From NCBI RefSeq assembly GCF_009914755.1, contig NC_060928.1: a stretch of 64,000 nucleotides of DNA; one strand, given 5' to 3'. Position 1 is the stretch's first letter, and each line of letters opens with the position of its first letter. This DNA is from the human T2T-CHM13v2.0 reference genome, Homo sapiens. Positions 1-15,903 of this stretch are shown piece after piece. The translations under genes and the position numbers were made by a program. The notes beneath the pieces were generated by a model. The model saw nothing but the letters and a program-made list of their open reading frames with translations, did not search any database and was not told the origin of the DNA.

Positions 1-1
1 A

Positions 2-1147
2 GATATAGACCAATGGAACACAACAGAGCCCTCAGAAATAATACCACACATCTAAAACCATCTGATCTTTGACAAACCTGAGAAAAACAAGAAATGGGGA
101 AAGGATTCCCTATCTAGTAAATGGTGCTGGGAAAACTGGCTAGCCATATGTAGAAAGCTGAAACTGGATCCCTTCCTTACACCTTATACGAAAATTAATT
201 CAAGATGGATTAAAGACTTAAATCTTAGGCCTAAAACCATGAAAACCCCAGAAGAAAACCTAGGCAATACCATTCAGGGCATAGGCATGGGCAAAGATTT
301 CATGTCTAAAACAACAAAAGCAATGGCAACAAAAGCCAAAATTGACAAATGGGATCTAATTAAACTAAAGAGCTTCTGCACAGCAAAAGAAACTACCATC
401 AGAGTGAACAGGCAGCTTACAGAATGGGAGAATATTTTTGCAATCTACTCATCTGACCAAGGGCTGATATCCAGAATCTACAAAGAACACAAACAAGCTT
501 ACAGGAAAAAAACAAACAATCCCATCAACAAGTGGGCGAAGGATATGAACAAACACTTCTCAAAAGAAGACATTTATGCAGCCAACAGACACATGAAAAA
601 ATGCTCATCATCAGTGGCCATCAGAGAAATGCAAATCAAAACCAAAACGAGATACCATCTCACACCAGTTAGAATGGTGATCATTAAAAAGTCAGGAAAC
701 AACAGATACTGGAGAGGATTTGGAGAAATAGGAACACTTTTACACTGTTGTTGGGACTATAAACTAGTTCAACCATTGTGGAAGATAGTGTGGCGATTCC
801 TCAAGAATCTAGAACTAGAAATACCATTTGACCCAGCAATCCCATTACTGGGTATATACCCAAAGGATTATAAAACATGCTGCTGTAAAGTCACATGCAC
901 ATGTATGTTTATTGCAGCACTATTCACAATGCCAAAGACTTGGAACCAACCCAAATGTCCATCAGTGATAGACTGGATTAAGAAAATGTGGCACATATAC
1001 ACCATGGAATACTATGCAGCCATAAAAAATAATGAGTTCATGTCCTTTGTAGGGACATCAATGAAGCTAGAAACCATCATTCTCAGCAAACTATCGCAAG
1101 GGCAACAAACCAAACACTGCATGTTCTCACTCACAGGTCGGAATTGA
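2..1147 (+). pseudogene. L1 ORF2p C-terminal remnant (inactive; in-frame TAA at 53-55; CCHC motif degenerate)
   Basis: ORF 239-1147 gives [18 protein letters not shown]...HLTPVRM...[15 protein letters not shown]...[18 protein letters not shown], typical of ORF2p. Confidence 0.92.
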
Positions 1148-1346
1148 AGAATGAGAACACTTGGACACAGGAAGGGGAACATCACACACTGGGGCCTGTT
1201 GTGGGGTGGGGGAAGGGGGAGGGATATCATTAGGAGATAGACCTAATGTAAATGACGAGTTAATGGGTGCAGCATACCAACATGGCACATGTATACATAT
1301 GTAAGAAACCTGCACATTGTGCACATGTACCCTAGAACTTAAAGTA

Positions 1347-1373
1347 TAATAATAATAATAATAATAATAATAA
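1347..1373 (+). repeat. (TAA)9 microsatellite in L1 tail
   Basis: Direct reading. Confidence 0.9.
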
Positions 1374-1659
1374 AATATATAACTGGAACAGCAACAAAAA
1401 TAAAATAAATAAAATAAAAAATTAAATAAATTACTTTTTTCTAAAAACATGTGGGTTTGTCTAAACAAACAAACAAAAAATCCTCTTCCTTTCTCAAGAA
1501 AAGGAAAAACATTTATAACCATGTTCCCTGGAATGTAAAGAGCCCACCTTCCACATTCACAGAAACTTAACTTATTAAATATTGATTCAGGGCTTTTACA
1601 TTTTTTAACACAAAAATTATGATAATCAACTGTTAAATAGACAAATATTGAATAGATCA

Positions 1660-2810
<1,151 letters not shown>

Positions 2811-2924
2811 GTAGTGATATGTTTTCTATAGTGATGTTTTCATGGCAGGTAGGTTTTTAAAAGCTTCCTCTCATTATCTCTGATAGGTTATCCATTAACA
2901 ATGATGGAATATGCTTCTTAGAAA

Positions 2925-3046
2925 ATTTTTTACATCAACAGATAAAATTGTATGTATTTACCATTGTACAACATGATGTTATGAAGTACATATACCCTGT
3001 GAAATGACTAAATCTAGCTAATAAGCATATGCATTAGCTTACATAG
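2925..3046 (-). mobile_element. L1MA-type 3' terminal fragment
   Basis: TGTACAACATGATGTT...AGCTAATAAGCATATGCATTA resembles antisense L1MA4/5 3' end. Confidence 0.65.
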
Positions 3047-4699
3047 AATACTCTTAACCTAAATAACAGAAAATGTTTTGTCACTACTGATATTCTTTGC
3101 ACTTTGAATGAGAAAGCATGTATATTCAAAATATTGTTCTGGTTTTTTAAATGAGAAAATGTATATTAGGCATGTTTCATGTACATTTAAATGCTAAATT
3201 AGTGTAGGCTATTAGTAGTAAACTAGTAACAGTAATAATAGTGGTAATAATTTTAGTAGGAAGAGTGGTAGTAGCGGTACAGCACTGCTAAACCCTCCAT
3301 GGTACAGAGTTTCTGTAGGATAAAAATAAGTAGTTAATTCTATGTACCTGGAAAACAAATGCATATTTATTTTGCAGGATAAAGTTCTATAGTAAACCAA
3401 GTTTGTTAACACTTGTTAAGACCAAGCTTATTAACCAAGTTGTTTAACACTTACATAACCTTATTAATATTTTTTATTTGAATGTGCATTTGCCAATTTC
3501 TCCCTAAAATCCTATCCATGTTTACTTTCCATATTTCAAAGCTTTATTGCTAGCACATACAAATTCATGATTATTATATTACTTTTGTATTGTTTCTTTT
3601 AGGACAACAGATATCTGGTGCATCTCTTTTCATCACTCTATTGTCAATATTCCTGTGTTATTTTGTTTTAAATGAGTCTCTTGTAAGCAACATTAATGTG
3701 TTTTTTCTTTGTGTCCAAAGTGATAATCTCTTTTTTATGAGTGACTTTTTAGAGAAATTTCCTACATATCAGGACTCATTTCTACTCTGATTTGGTATTT
3801 TCTATCTCATACTTTGTCCATCTTTATTCCTGCTTTCTGTTGAATTGATAACATTTTCTATACTTCTTCCCGCAAGCACACCCACAGGCATACATGCACA
3901 TGCACACATACACATGTACATTGTTTTTCTCTTCATGTTTGAGGGCTATAAATTTCCTCTACTAGTTGGAACCTATAGCATAATAATTTGTAAGATCATA
4001 TTGGAAGAAATGGCAGACCAAATATCATTTGGGTAAATCAAACAGGGATTACTGCTCTAAAGGATAGGGAAGAAAGCCATCAAAAATAGAATTTACAGAA
4101 AAAAGATTAGCAACATTCTCTAGAAGAGATAGCAGTTCAAACTTTAAGACCCCAAAACTTCACCTGTATGGATAATAATGTCTACCTAATTAAAGGACAT
4201 ATCAGAAATTCAGTCAGCATAAATGTCCTTCTCCTGGTCCATATGCTCATATGCCAGTCAGGATCTGTGGATGTGGGTTGACAAGGTACAGGTGGATGAC
4301 AATCTGGAGTCATGAACTATGTAATATGGCAGGGTATAGAATAGCACAGCACACTCAGACACAACCACAGCCCGGACTTGTCACCTTCAACCTCACCAAT
4401 GAAAGCCTCATCCAAGTATATTTCTGAATTCAGGAAGTGGAATTTACACACAGATATTTAGGTATCATGGTAAAGGAGATTCTAGCTAATCTATAGAACC
4501 TAACTGGTGCATAGTTAACTGTAAGTTTTTCTAACAAAATCTGAGGGCATTATTGGAGACATTTTGTATCCTCCAAAGCAAGCAAAATCTTTAACATGCT
4601 TCAACTACCCTTTGAATATTACTACTATCCCGTATTCCTTATTGTTTTTTGCTAGGGTTTTGTTATCTCTTACAAACACATTCTAAAAGCTGAGTTATT

Positions 4700-5225
4700 T
4701 TTATAATCTTTTGTTTTAACTTTTAGGCTCAGGGGTACATGTGCAGATTTGTCACATAGGTAAACTTGTGTCACAGGGGTTTGTTGTCACAGATTATTCC
4801 ATCACCCAGTTACTAAGCCTTGGACCAAATATATTATTTTTTATGATCCTCTCCCGTCTCCTACCCTCCACCCTTAAGTAGAACCTGCTGTCGGTTGTTC
4901 CCCTCTTTGTGTCCATGTGTTCCTATCATTTAGCTCCCACTTATAAGCAATAACATGCAGTATTTGGTTTTCTGTTCCCGTGTTAGTTTGCTATGGATGA
5001 TGGCCTCTAGCTCCATTCATGTTCCTGCAAATAATCTCATTCTTTTTTAATGGCTGTATCATATTCCATGGTGTATATGTACCACATTTTCTTTATCCAG
5101 TCTACCACTGATAGTTATTTAGGTTGATTTCATGTCTTTGCTACTGTGGATAGTGCTGCAATGAACATTCACATGCATGTGTCTTTATGGTAGAATGCTT
5201 TATATTCCTCTGGGTATATACCAAG
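4700..5225 (-). mobile_element. L1PA13-16-like 3' end
   Basis: AGGGGTACATGTGCAG...CATTTAGCTCCCACTTATAAG...TGGGTATATACC antisense 3'UTR/ORF2 end. Confidence 0.85.
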
Positions 5226-5354
5226 TGTATTAGTCTGTTTTCATGCAGCCGATAAAGACATACCTGAGACAGGGCAATTTAGAAAAGAAAGAGGTGTAAT
5301 AGACTTAGAGTTCCACATGGCTGGTCATACCTCACAATCATGGTGGAAGGCAAG
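5226..5354 (-). mobile_element. THE1 (MaLR) LTR 3'-terminal fragment
   Basis: TGTATTAGTCTGTTTTCATGCAGCCGATAAAGACATACCTGAGAC...CACAATCATGGTGGAAGGCAAG; truncated where the L1 segment begins. Confidence 0.9.
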
Positions 5355-7515
<2,161 letters not shown>

Positions 7516-7632
7516 TAATTAGATTAGGCCTATGCCCTGTCATCTCCGTTTTGCCAGATTACTGTAACAGTCACAGAAGTAACACTGGGCAGTAAAGGTC
7601 ATGGGAACCACTTTAAAATTCTTCCTATGACA
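7516..7632 (-). mobile_element. MLT1-type LTR terminal fragment
   Basis: GGTCATGGGAACCACTTTAAAATTCTTCCTATGACA resembles antisense MLT1 terminus. Confidence 0.5.
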
Positions 7633-8349
7633 TTTTTTTCTGTTGTTCCATTTTTTTCTGTTCTATTGTGTTTCAGAACAGATTACTTTCCTTAAATAAA
7701 AACCTATTTATGAAAAGTAAATATATGTAATATTTTAAAAAGTTTCTAATTATCTTATGTTTAAAATGGAATAATAACAGTAACCAGTCACAGGATTGGA
7801 ATTAGGACCAAATAAGGTAATGTATATGAAACATTTATAAACTTTGAAGCTGTCAGTAAGCATTAGTTATACTTAATTTAACTTTTGTCTAGATTCATAG
7901 AGATGAAAAAGATAGTCAAATGGTCATACGGTTTAGTAGTTTCTAAAGTTTTAGAAATTATAGAATGTCTCCTACCATGCTATTTTAATATCACAATAGA
8001 TCCTTGAAGTAAGGGCAGCTATCATCAATATCACATATTTTTACTTGGTTTCAGTGTCTTGAAATTTCGTAGAACAGGTATTGCAAGATATTTCAAAAAC
8101 TATCTTTTTTTCACACAAAGAATTTAATAAAAATTGTTTTTAATACAGCATTTCGAACATGGGAAACTCAAGGATGGCATGACAGATATAATATTTCTTA
8201 CAATATGTCTGAAATATATGTTTGGGAGAGAGAAAATGAAGTCAACATTCCAGGGCTTTGGGACGTCTATCCTCTTAGGAGGGAGATGGCTAATGTGAAG
8301 GAATAATAACGGAACAAAAGGTCCTAGCATGTTCTGATGGGTTCCACTT

Positions 8350-8852
8350 GGTTCAGACAACCAAAATAAGTGATTAAGTCATGTCTCAAATCATTGAGGT
8401 TTATTGAGCCAGCTTGAGGGTGCAACTGGGAAAAAACTCCAGTCACAGAAGCATCTGTGGCCATTTTTTCCAAAGAGGTTCTCAGGAGATTTAGTATTTA
8501 TACGTTTTCCTTAAAAAGGGGCCAGGGGTGGCAGTGAGACAAATGATTATATACTTCTGAGACTTTAGTCAGTGCCCAGTAAATCTACATTCTATATAAG
8601 GTAAGGTGCATCTTGGGGATGGGTGAAGGAAGGATTAATTTTATTTTTGTTACCTACCTGGGAAGATAAGCTAGTGGTCTTTTGAAAGAACTGGTTTTTG
8701 TTTAGTCCTTAGGAAAGAAAACCTAATGACTCAGCTAGGAGGAGGGTATAATGAGGCATGTCCAATCTCCCATCCCATCATGGCTGTAAATTCAGCTTTC
8801 AAGATTTCTCTGGGATTCCCTTGGCCAAGAGGGAGTCTGTTCAGTTAGTTGA
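8350..8852 (-). mobile_element. ERV1 (MER4-group) LTR, truncated
   Basis: Antisense AATAAA (GGTTTATTGAGCC) and TATA-like TATTTATAC; CCCTTGGCCAAGAGGGAGTCTGTTCAGTTAGTTG typical of MER4-group LTRs. Confidence 0.65.
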
Positions 8853-8971
8853 ATCTACTGATCCAAATGCTAATCTCTTCAATTAACCCTCTCACAGACA
8901 CACCCAGAAATAATGTTATACCAGCTATCTGGGCTTAACCTAGTCATATTGACACAAAATTAACCATCACA
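8853..8971 (-). mobile_element. MLT2 (ERVL) LTR 5' terminal fragment
   Basis: ACAGACACACCCAGAAATAATG...TTGACACAAAATTAACCATCACA (rc TGTGATGGTTAAT). Confidence 0.85.
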
Positions 8972-9235
8972 TGTTCTTTACCTGATGGACACTTCCAAGG
9001 TACAATGATTCTATGGAGGCAGTCTTGATTAGTCCTTCATAAGGAACAAATTTATATTTTCTTTAAACCTATGACTAGCTCAGTAATTGATACCTTGTAT
9101 TTAATTTCCACCTTTGTCTGTCTCACTTTTCTTTCTTCCACATTTTTAATGTCCTAGAATTGAATGACCGAATAAAATATTAGTGGATTAGCTTTGCCTA
9201 ATTCTCTGTTTTCTGGGGAACTCAGGCTAAGATTC

Positions 9236-9470
9236 CTTCATTTATTCAGCAACTATATTGAATAAATATTATTAAGTGAATATTGTTGTTGGATGTCTAC
9301 TCTGTGCCACATAATGTTTAAAGCGCTTGGGATACATCAACGAACAAAGTAGACAAAAATCTTTGCCCTTTCTGAGTTACTTTCTTGGAGAGGGAGAAAG
9401 AGAGAGAATACTAAAAGTAATGAACAAGTAGATTTTACAGTATATATGATAGAAAGTGATAAGAGAGCAC
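9236..9470 (-). mobile_element. L2 3' end
   Basis: TTCATTTATTCAGCAA...CTACTCTGTGCCA...TTGGGATACATCAACGAACAAA...AAAATCTTTGCCCT. Confidence 0.7.
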
Positions 9471-9529
9471 ATAATCAGCTTCATTTTCCAGTTTTTCTTC
9501 TACCAATCTCCTTCTCTTCTCCCAAGTCC

Positions 9530-9985
9530 ATCTCTCACCATTTCTTTTCTTTTCCTTTACACTCCAACAACTTTGAATTACTTACAGTTTCCTCTCCCTT
9601 TGAGGTCCCCCAACACCCCATGCTATTTTCCATCTCCATGCCTTTGCTTTGCAGCTGCCATAGCTGGAATGACCTCCACATATTCCTTTTCTCTCTAGCT
9701 ATTCAGACTCACCTCAGGATCATGTTTTCAGGAAATCTTACCTGATTTCTTTCTCTGCTTTCCCCAGGCTATTTTAGGGGTTAGTCTAGACTTCCATAAT
9801 TCCCTTATAAATATCTTTATCATTATACACTCATGTTATTTTTAAAGCATAATTATTTGTGTTTTTATGTTTTCTACTAATCTGGATTTCACTGAGGACA
9901 GGGACTATGTCATATATACTGTTTTACTCCTAACACATAGGATGGTGTTCAGTAACATTATTTTACATAAATGACTAAATGAAAA
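9530..9985 (+). mobile_element. L2 3' region
   Basis: TGAGGACAGGGACTATGTC and terminal AAATGACTAAATGAA. Confidence 0.6.
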
Positions 9986-10168
9986 TACATAGTAATGAGG
10001 TTCCAGAATTATGAGCTGTGGAAGTCCACTATTAAGGTCTCATTGGAAAGGTTAAAAAAGCAAGACATTTGGAGACACAAAATAAGTAAAGTTAAAGAGA
10101 AGCAGCAGCAGATTTGGGGTTGGTTCAGTGCAGAGTTGGCTTCAATTTATGTGCTCTGAATTATACTC

Positions 10169-10630
10169 TGTGGTACATTAATTGCACAAAGTGACCACAA
10201 TTCTTTCCCCCGATTATCCTATTGCAATGCTTGCATCTCTTCACTTCAAGGTGTAGAGTCTTTTTCCTTATCTCTTGAATCTAGGCTGGACTTTTGACTT
10301 GCCTTTGTTAAAATAATTCATTGAAAATGACTGTTTTGAACCTGAGCCTCAAGAGACATTGCACTTTCACTTCCCTTGTAAACTCTTCCCTCTGCCATGA
10401 GAACAAACCTGGTTAGTCTGTTATCCTGGAACTAGGCTGAGTCATCCCAGCTGAACCACCAGCTGATGGGAGACACATGAGCAAGTCCCATCAAGCTCAG
10501 CTAAATCTATTCACGTGAGCAGAACTACCCAGCTGACCCAGAGACTCATGAAGAAATCATAAATACTACTTGTTTAAAGCTACTAGATTTGGTGATAGTT
10601 TATTACACAACAATAACTATTAATTAATGA
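10169..10630 (+). mobile_element. MLT1 (H/I/J-type) LTR
   Basis: TGTGG start, CTTGAATCTAGGCTGG, GAGCAGAACTACCCAGCTGACCCA, TGTTTAAAGCTACTAGATTTGG. Confidence 0.75.
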
Positions 10631-11596
10631 TGTGGAACTTCAAGTGGAAAGTTTGTTTCAGAGCACTCATTGTGGTACAAAGTGTTTTCTGATTTTTTAG
10701 AGAGTGACTTTATGGTGTTTGTAGAAATGATATGTATTATAAAAAAGTTTAAGCAATATGAGTACCACAAAAAAGTATAAAATTACACCACCTAGTTACA
10801 TATTTACTTTATAGCTAAATATGCATATTTCAAACCATATATTATGTGAAATAATATATCAGTTTATAAATTTAAATGTTATTCTCTCATATTTTAAGAA
10901 ATAACTTAAACCCTTTATTTGTATATTTGATATTAATAATTGTTCTTGATTATTAGAGCCGCTTTTTGAGTTGTCTAACAGTTTTCCAGAGAATGTCATT
11001 TTGACTGCTAGGTCATTTGGCATGTAGCATTATTTGAAGTCTATCTAATGCTGTCACTAAATGTTTTTTCTAAAGTGATAAGTATATGTTTCCATAATAG
11101 GAGGGAAGTTGTTTCTTCATTTACCCTGTAGGTGATCTCAAAAATGTTGCTATTCACTATATTGATTTTAAGTTTTTTTAAAGGCAAATATCAATTGAAT
11201 AGTGAATAATTTTTATAAAATATGTGTGCTGTACTTAAAAGTTATGGTACAAAAAATACCTAGCTTCAGAAATAGAACATTATCATCCTCTTTTAACATT
11301 GTTCTGATCTTCCTCCTCAGTCTTTTACCCCTTTCTTTGCCCTCAGAGATAACTACCATACTGAATTTAATTTTTCCCCTTGCTTCTTCTTAAACTTATT
11401 TATTTATTTATATCATGAGAACATTTGTTCCTGAGATTCAGCATTGATATTGTATATACCTGTAATTGTTAACTCATTAATATACATTGCTGTTTGGTAT
11501 TCCAGTGTACATATAGCGTGATCTATTTATTCATTTATGTTGGTTATGAAAGTAATGTTAATTTCTGTTACAATCTAAACATCACATTTGTTAAAT

Positions 11597-11647
11597 ATAA
11601 TATAATTAATATAATATAATATAATATAATATAATATAATATAATAT
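11597..11647. repeat. (ATAAT)n pentanucleotide repeat
   Basis: Direct reading. Confidence 0.85.
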
Positions 11648-14399
11648 CTTTCATTTCACCGTCCAAAGTGAATCAATTTTTGTGTAGGTGGGGTGGGGTG
11701 GGGGGTTCGTGGAGGGGTATGAGGAATGTTTCTGCTTCATGTAGTAATTCAGAAATCTAGATTCCTTTTATAATGAAGCTCCTCTGTATTCAATACATGG
11801 CTTTGAGGTTACACTGGCATCATGCAGTCAGCAGAGAGAAAAGGATCATACAGAAGGCATGCTTAGTTTTAACTGCTGTGTGCACTGTCTTTGATGAGAA
11901 ACAGTTGAAGGCCTCGTTTTGATGCAAGTGAGGATACCTGACAATGTGGTTTATCTGTGTGCTTAGAGGATAATAAAATTGTTTGATGAATGCATAGCAT
12001 TGTTATTTCTACAATCTTCTAGACACTAAATATCCATTTAACTTTTATTCTCATACTCACCTTCTTTCCAATAGAGGCAATTGAAAGTCCAACCTCAGCT
12101 AAAAATTCACATCCTTATTCTGTCTTCACAAGCCTATAGCTTAATGGACTTTGTTGCCTCAAGAATTTTATGTCTTACTGTGTGGTTTCTAGCAGTGATC
12201 AGATTTCCCATTCTTCAAGGCTCTACATTTCTTGCCCCTCTAATCCCTTTCAAATTCCATCCTGATTTAGTTATTTCCTAAAATAGTTAGCTGCCCTCTA
12301 ACCCTTCTACTCTCTGTAATCACCTTCCACTATGTACATGGCTCATTTTCCAACCTCTGATATCAGTTTCCTTGCCACCCAGCATCCGACTGCTCGGCTA
12401 ATGACATCTATTTAAGGATCTGTTAAGCCAAAGTATAAATTATTATGTTATTCAGAATAGACTACTTATTGCCAAAAATCAATATGAAAATCTCAGTGGC
12501 TTAATGTTATTTCTCACTCAAATCTCAGGCTTCTTGAATGGTTGGTGGGTGATCTTCCCTGCTGTAATTCAAGGGATCACCATCTTACTTCTTGGGGCAC
12601 TGCTATTTTCAACCTCTGGCACATATAGAATGCGAAGAGAGTATGGGAGGTTGCACGTGGGCAATTTGTCATTTTTATCATTTCCATCCACAATGCCTAT
12701 ATTGTGTATTATAAAAAGTGTAAAACAATATATATAAAGTGTTTCTGGGAGATGGCTTTATGAGTATTTTAAATTTTATTTCATGTTTGCTTCTTTGCTT
12801 GTCCCAGGATTCCTGGAGGAAACATTATATCCCTTTTGCAGTAAGTTAAAAATTATAATTGAATAACTTGCTTCAGAAATGAAAGTATGAATTTTACAAC
12901 ATGAGCTAAGCATTAAATACTAAACTGGTTAGAAAGGTACATCTGGAAAAACCTTTGAGTATTCAAATATTTCAGACAAAACTTGTTAATATAGTTTTTC
13001 ACGACCACAGATATTGATCTCTGATTTATCCAAGGCTTTAATTGATAGTTTGAAAAGGAAAATATTAGAAAATATTAATAGTATTAATATCTTTTTTATG
13101 GCTATTTTATGCCTTTATAGGTCAGATGCTTAATTACTTATTTGCTAGATGCATTCTTGAAGCCTTTGTTTCTATGTTTCTTAGAGAAAAATTTCAAACT
13201 TCATTCAAAAATGTCTTCATTTCAATTTAAAAAACGACTTGATGGCCATCACATGCTTATCACAGGGAAGTTAAAGTAGAAGCTTATGACATGTGTCTTC
13301 TCCGAAATTCCTACAAAAAATGAACACTATTATGTTTGGGATGATGAAGAAGGAAAGAAACCAATTATGAAAAATCATAATGGGCAAATTAGCATTTAGG
13401 TGAAAAATTACAGGTGTGGAAGAATTCCCTTATTTTAGGATTTTAAAAAATGCGTCCTTATTTTCCCCTCCTAATTTGGCTTCTTGTCTTTCAAAAATTT
13501 TATTTTTATTGTTAACATACTAGTGATTTTTGTACATTGATTTTGTATCCTGAAACTTTGTTGACAAAACTGTGTAACTCCACTCAGTGACATCAGAAGT
13601 CAGTTTATACTTTGGCAGGTACTGGGCAAATGTTGTTGTTCTTAGCACTGGTCAGAGTGGACACTGCCCCTATGGCTTGGTCCTCACTACAGAGTGCAGC
13701 TGAAGCAGGAAATGGTCTGATGCATTTATGTTTTGTGTAGGAATCTGGGAGGATGCAAGAGACGTTGGAAGTGTGATTAGAATATGTCCCCCAATTTCTT
13801 GTTTCATTTATTCTGAGGAAACTATTTGTCCTGTTATCTGGGTGAGACCTGTAGGGGATTGGACCCAAATCTAAAACTCTGAATCAAAGAAGAAGATGCA
13901 GCTAAAAGAAAAAGGAGGAAGTCCAGAATTGAGAAAAGCCTATAGGATGGTGGTTATATAATCCTTAATAAATAATTTTAGAGCTAATTCACACCTTTTA
14001 GAGCTAAGTCTAGTAGAAAAATTTGCATATATTTATATGAATGTTGAGTAGAGATGAATGCTTACTTTTAAAATAATGTCTTATATCTGAATAAAAATAA
14101 GAGCGAGACTAAGATAAACTGACAAACATGAGACTAAAGAACGAGAAGTTCCATAATAAAGCATCTGACTATAAAATTAATTTAGCTATATGTTGGCCAA
14201 ATCGGGCTTCTTGTATCTATAGTTACATGTAGTATAAATATCTCACCATGAGACTGGAAACATATGACAGGTAACTCTTATCCTGACAGCAGTTTCACAA
14301 CAGGATACCCATCTATTAACAAAATAATTCTACAGAGTATGACTACAGTGCTGAGTATTTCAGCACGCTCCATAGATACCTGTTTTACAGCTTTAGAGT

Positions 14400-14682
14400 T
14401 TTTCTTTTTTTCTTCCCCCCGAGACGGAGTCTGGCTATGTTGCCTGCACTCACTGCAACCTCCACCTCCTGGATTCAATTCAAGCGATTCTCCTGCCTCA
14501 GCCTTCCTAGTAGCTGGGGTTACAGGCACTCGCCACCACTCCTGGCTAATTTTTGTATTTTTAGTAGAGATGGGGTTTCACCATGTTGGCCAGGCTGGTC
14601 TCAAACTCCCGATCTCGAGAGATTCACCAGCTTCAGCCTCCCAAAGTGCTGGGATTACAGGTTTAGGCCACCGTGCCCAGCC
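14400..14682 (-). mobile_element. AluS with ~30-bp internal deletion
   Basis: Antisense Alu lacking CAGGCTGGAGTGCAGTGG segment; imperfect TSD ACAGCTTTA(G/T)AG. Confidence 0.9.
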
Positions 14683-14784
14683 TCACAGCTTTATAGCTTT
14701 TCATCAGCAATACAAAATGTCTTCAACACACACATTATGTATTTCTCTCTTTGATTTATATTACTGAAGCCTGTGAATATGTTT

Positions 14785-14912
14785 TTGGATCAAGAACCTT
14801 TTTGAAAATCTAGTGAAAGGCAATTCCTTCCCAGGAATATGCATAGATTATTGTAGAAAACATACAGACTCTACACCAGAAGTTCTTTTACAGACTCCAA
14901 GTTAGGAAAGTC
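14785..14912. mobile_element. hAT-Charlie-type MITE remnant
   Basis: GAACCTTTTTGAAAATCTAGTGAAAG...CCAGGAATATGCATA...CCAAGTTAGGAA. Confidence 0.45.
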
Positions 14913-15903
14913 TACTCTCAATCACCATTTTTTTTAATGTCTTGGGAAGAAACTAGAAGTTAGCAAAGTCTCAATCCTGGTTTACCTTGTTGCTTTTTTG
15001 AAGGTCTGGGGAAATCTAGAGCCTTCAGTGTTGCCTAACTCTACTGAGGGCATTCCTCTTGGTGCCATCTATAGCAAACAATGTGATGATGGGAGAGAAG
15101 TACTGAATATGAGGCTGCATGTCTCTCTAGAGTAAGAATAGAACATCATCTATTTATGTATTCATCCATTAAACAAACATATAATAGCCATTCATTATGT
15201 AGAAAGCGCTTTTTTAGGCACTGGGGGATAAATGATATATAAGATAAACCACAAGAAGAAGCCCAGAAATGTTATTCATATTATTAGTTTATGTAAAAAC
15301 TAGAGATTCCAAATAGTAAAAAGATAGAATTATATTTATTTATACTGAATGGCATATTATATGCATAAATGCCTTGTAAATTGTATACTTTCAATGCTAT
15401 TTTTATCTTTTACCTTGATATTAGGAAACTGAAACCAGTGAACATCACAGTGAGCAAAGGAGTCATGAGATTTTCATGCAGGAAATAGAATTTAAAAACT
15501 CACAGATACTCCAAAACAAACCTGATCTGAAGCAGAAAAAGAAATTGTTTATGGAATTGTTATCAATAAGACTTAACAGGTACTTTCTGAATGGCAGTAT
15601 GAATTGATAATTAGCAGACATCTTGTTTCAATATAGAGCTTGAAAAAGCCAGTTATAACAATATAGTTGAAAAATACAGTTTAGTAGCAGCACACAGGTG
15701 GGTCCATGCTCTCACAGGGTAATGATTTAATAAAAAATAATAATCCAGGAAAAAACAGGTCAAAACTCCCAGAAACTTTCACACATGGCACAATGTATTA
15801 TGGGAGATTTTCTAAGAATATTGTTAAAACCTGACCTTGATAACCACCAGGAAACCAAGAGAAAGAACATTCAAATTAACTACAGGAAATATACATTTCT
15901 ATA

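Larger units (their letters stand above)
1..1375 (+). mobile_element. LINE-1 3' end (L1PA4/L1PA5-like), runs off the window start
   Basis: ORF2 C-terminus, then canonical 3'UTR (GGAACATCACACACTGGGGCC ... GTACCCTAGAACTTAAAGTATAAT) with older-than-L1HS diagnostics (TAATGTAAATGACGAG, CCTAGAAC), then A-rich tail. Confidence 0.95.

Noticed and set aside
239-1147. 302-aa ORF as a host gene
   Set aside because: It is L1 ORF2 C-terminus with an upstream in-frame stop and a broken zinc knuckle
1190-1223. G4 motif
   Set aside because: Standard, well-known L1 3'UTR G-rich tract
3395-3452. Short repeated AACCAAGTT..TAACACTT units
   Set aside because: Two or three degenerate copies from local slippage; no CRISPR-like repeat-spacer regularity
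14264-14767. 167-aa ORF
   Set aside because: Runs through an antisense Alu; typical Alu-derived spurious translation
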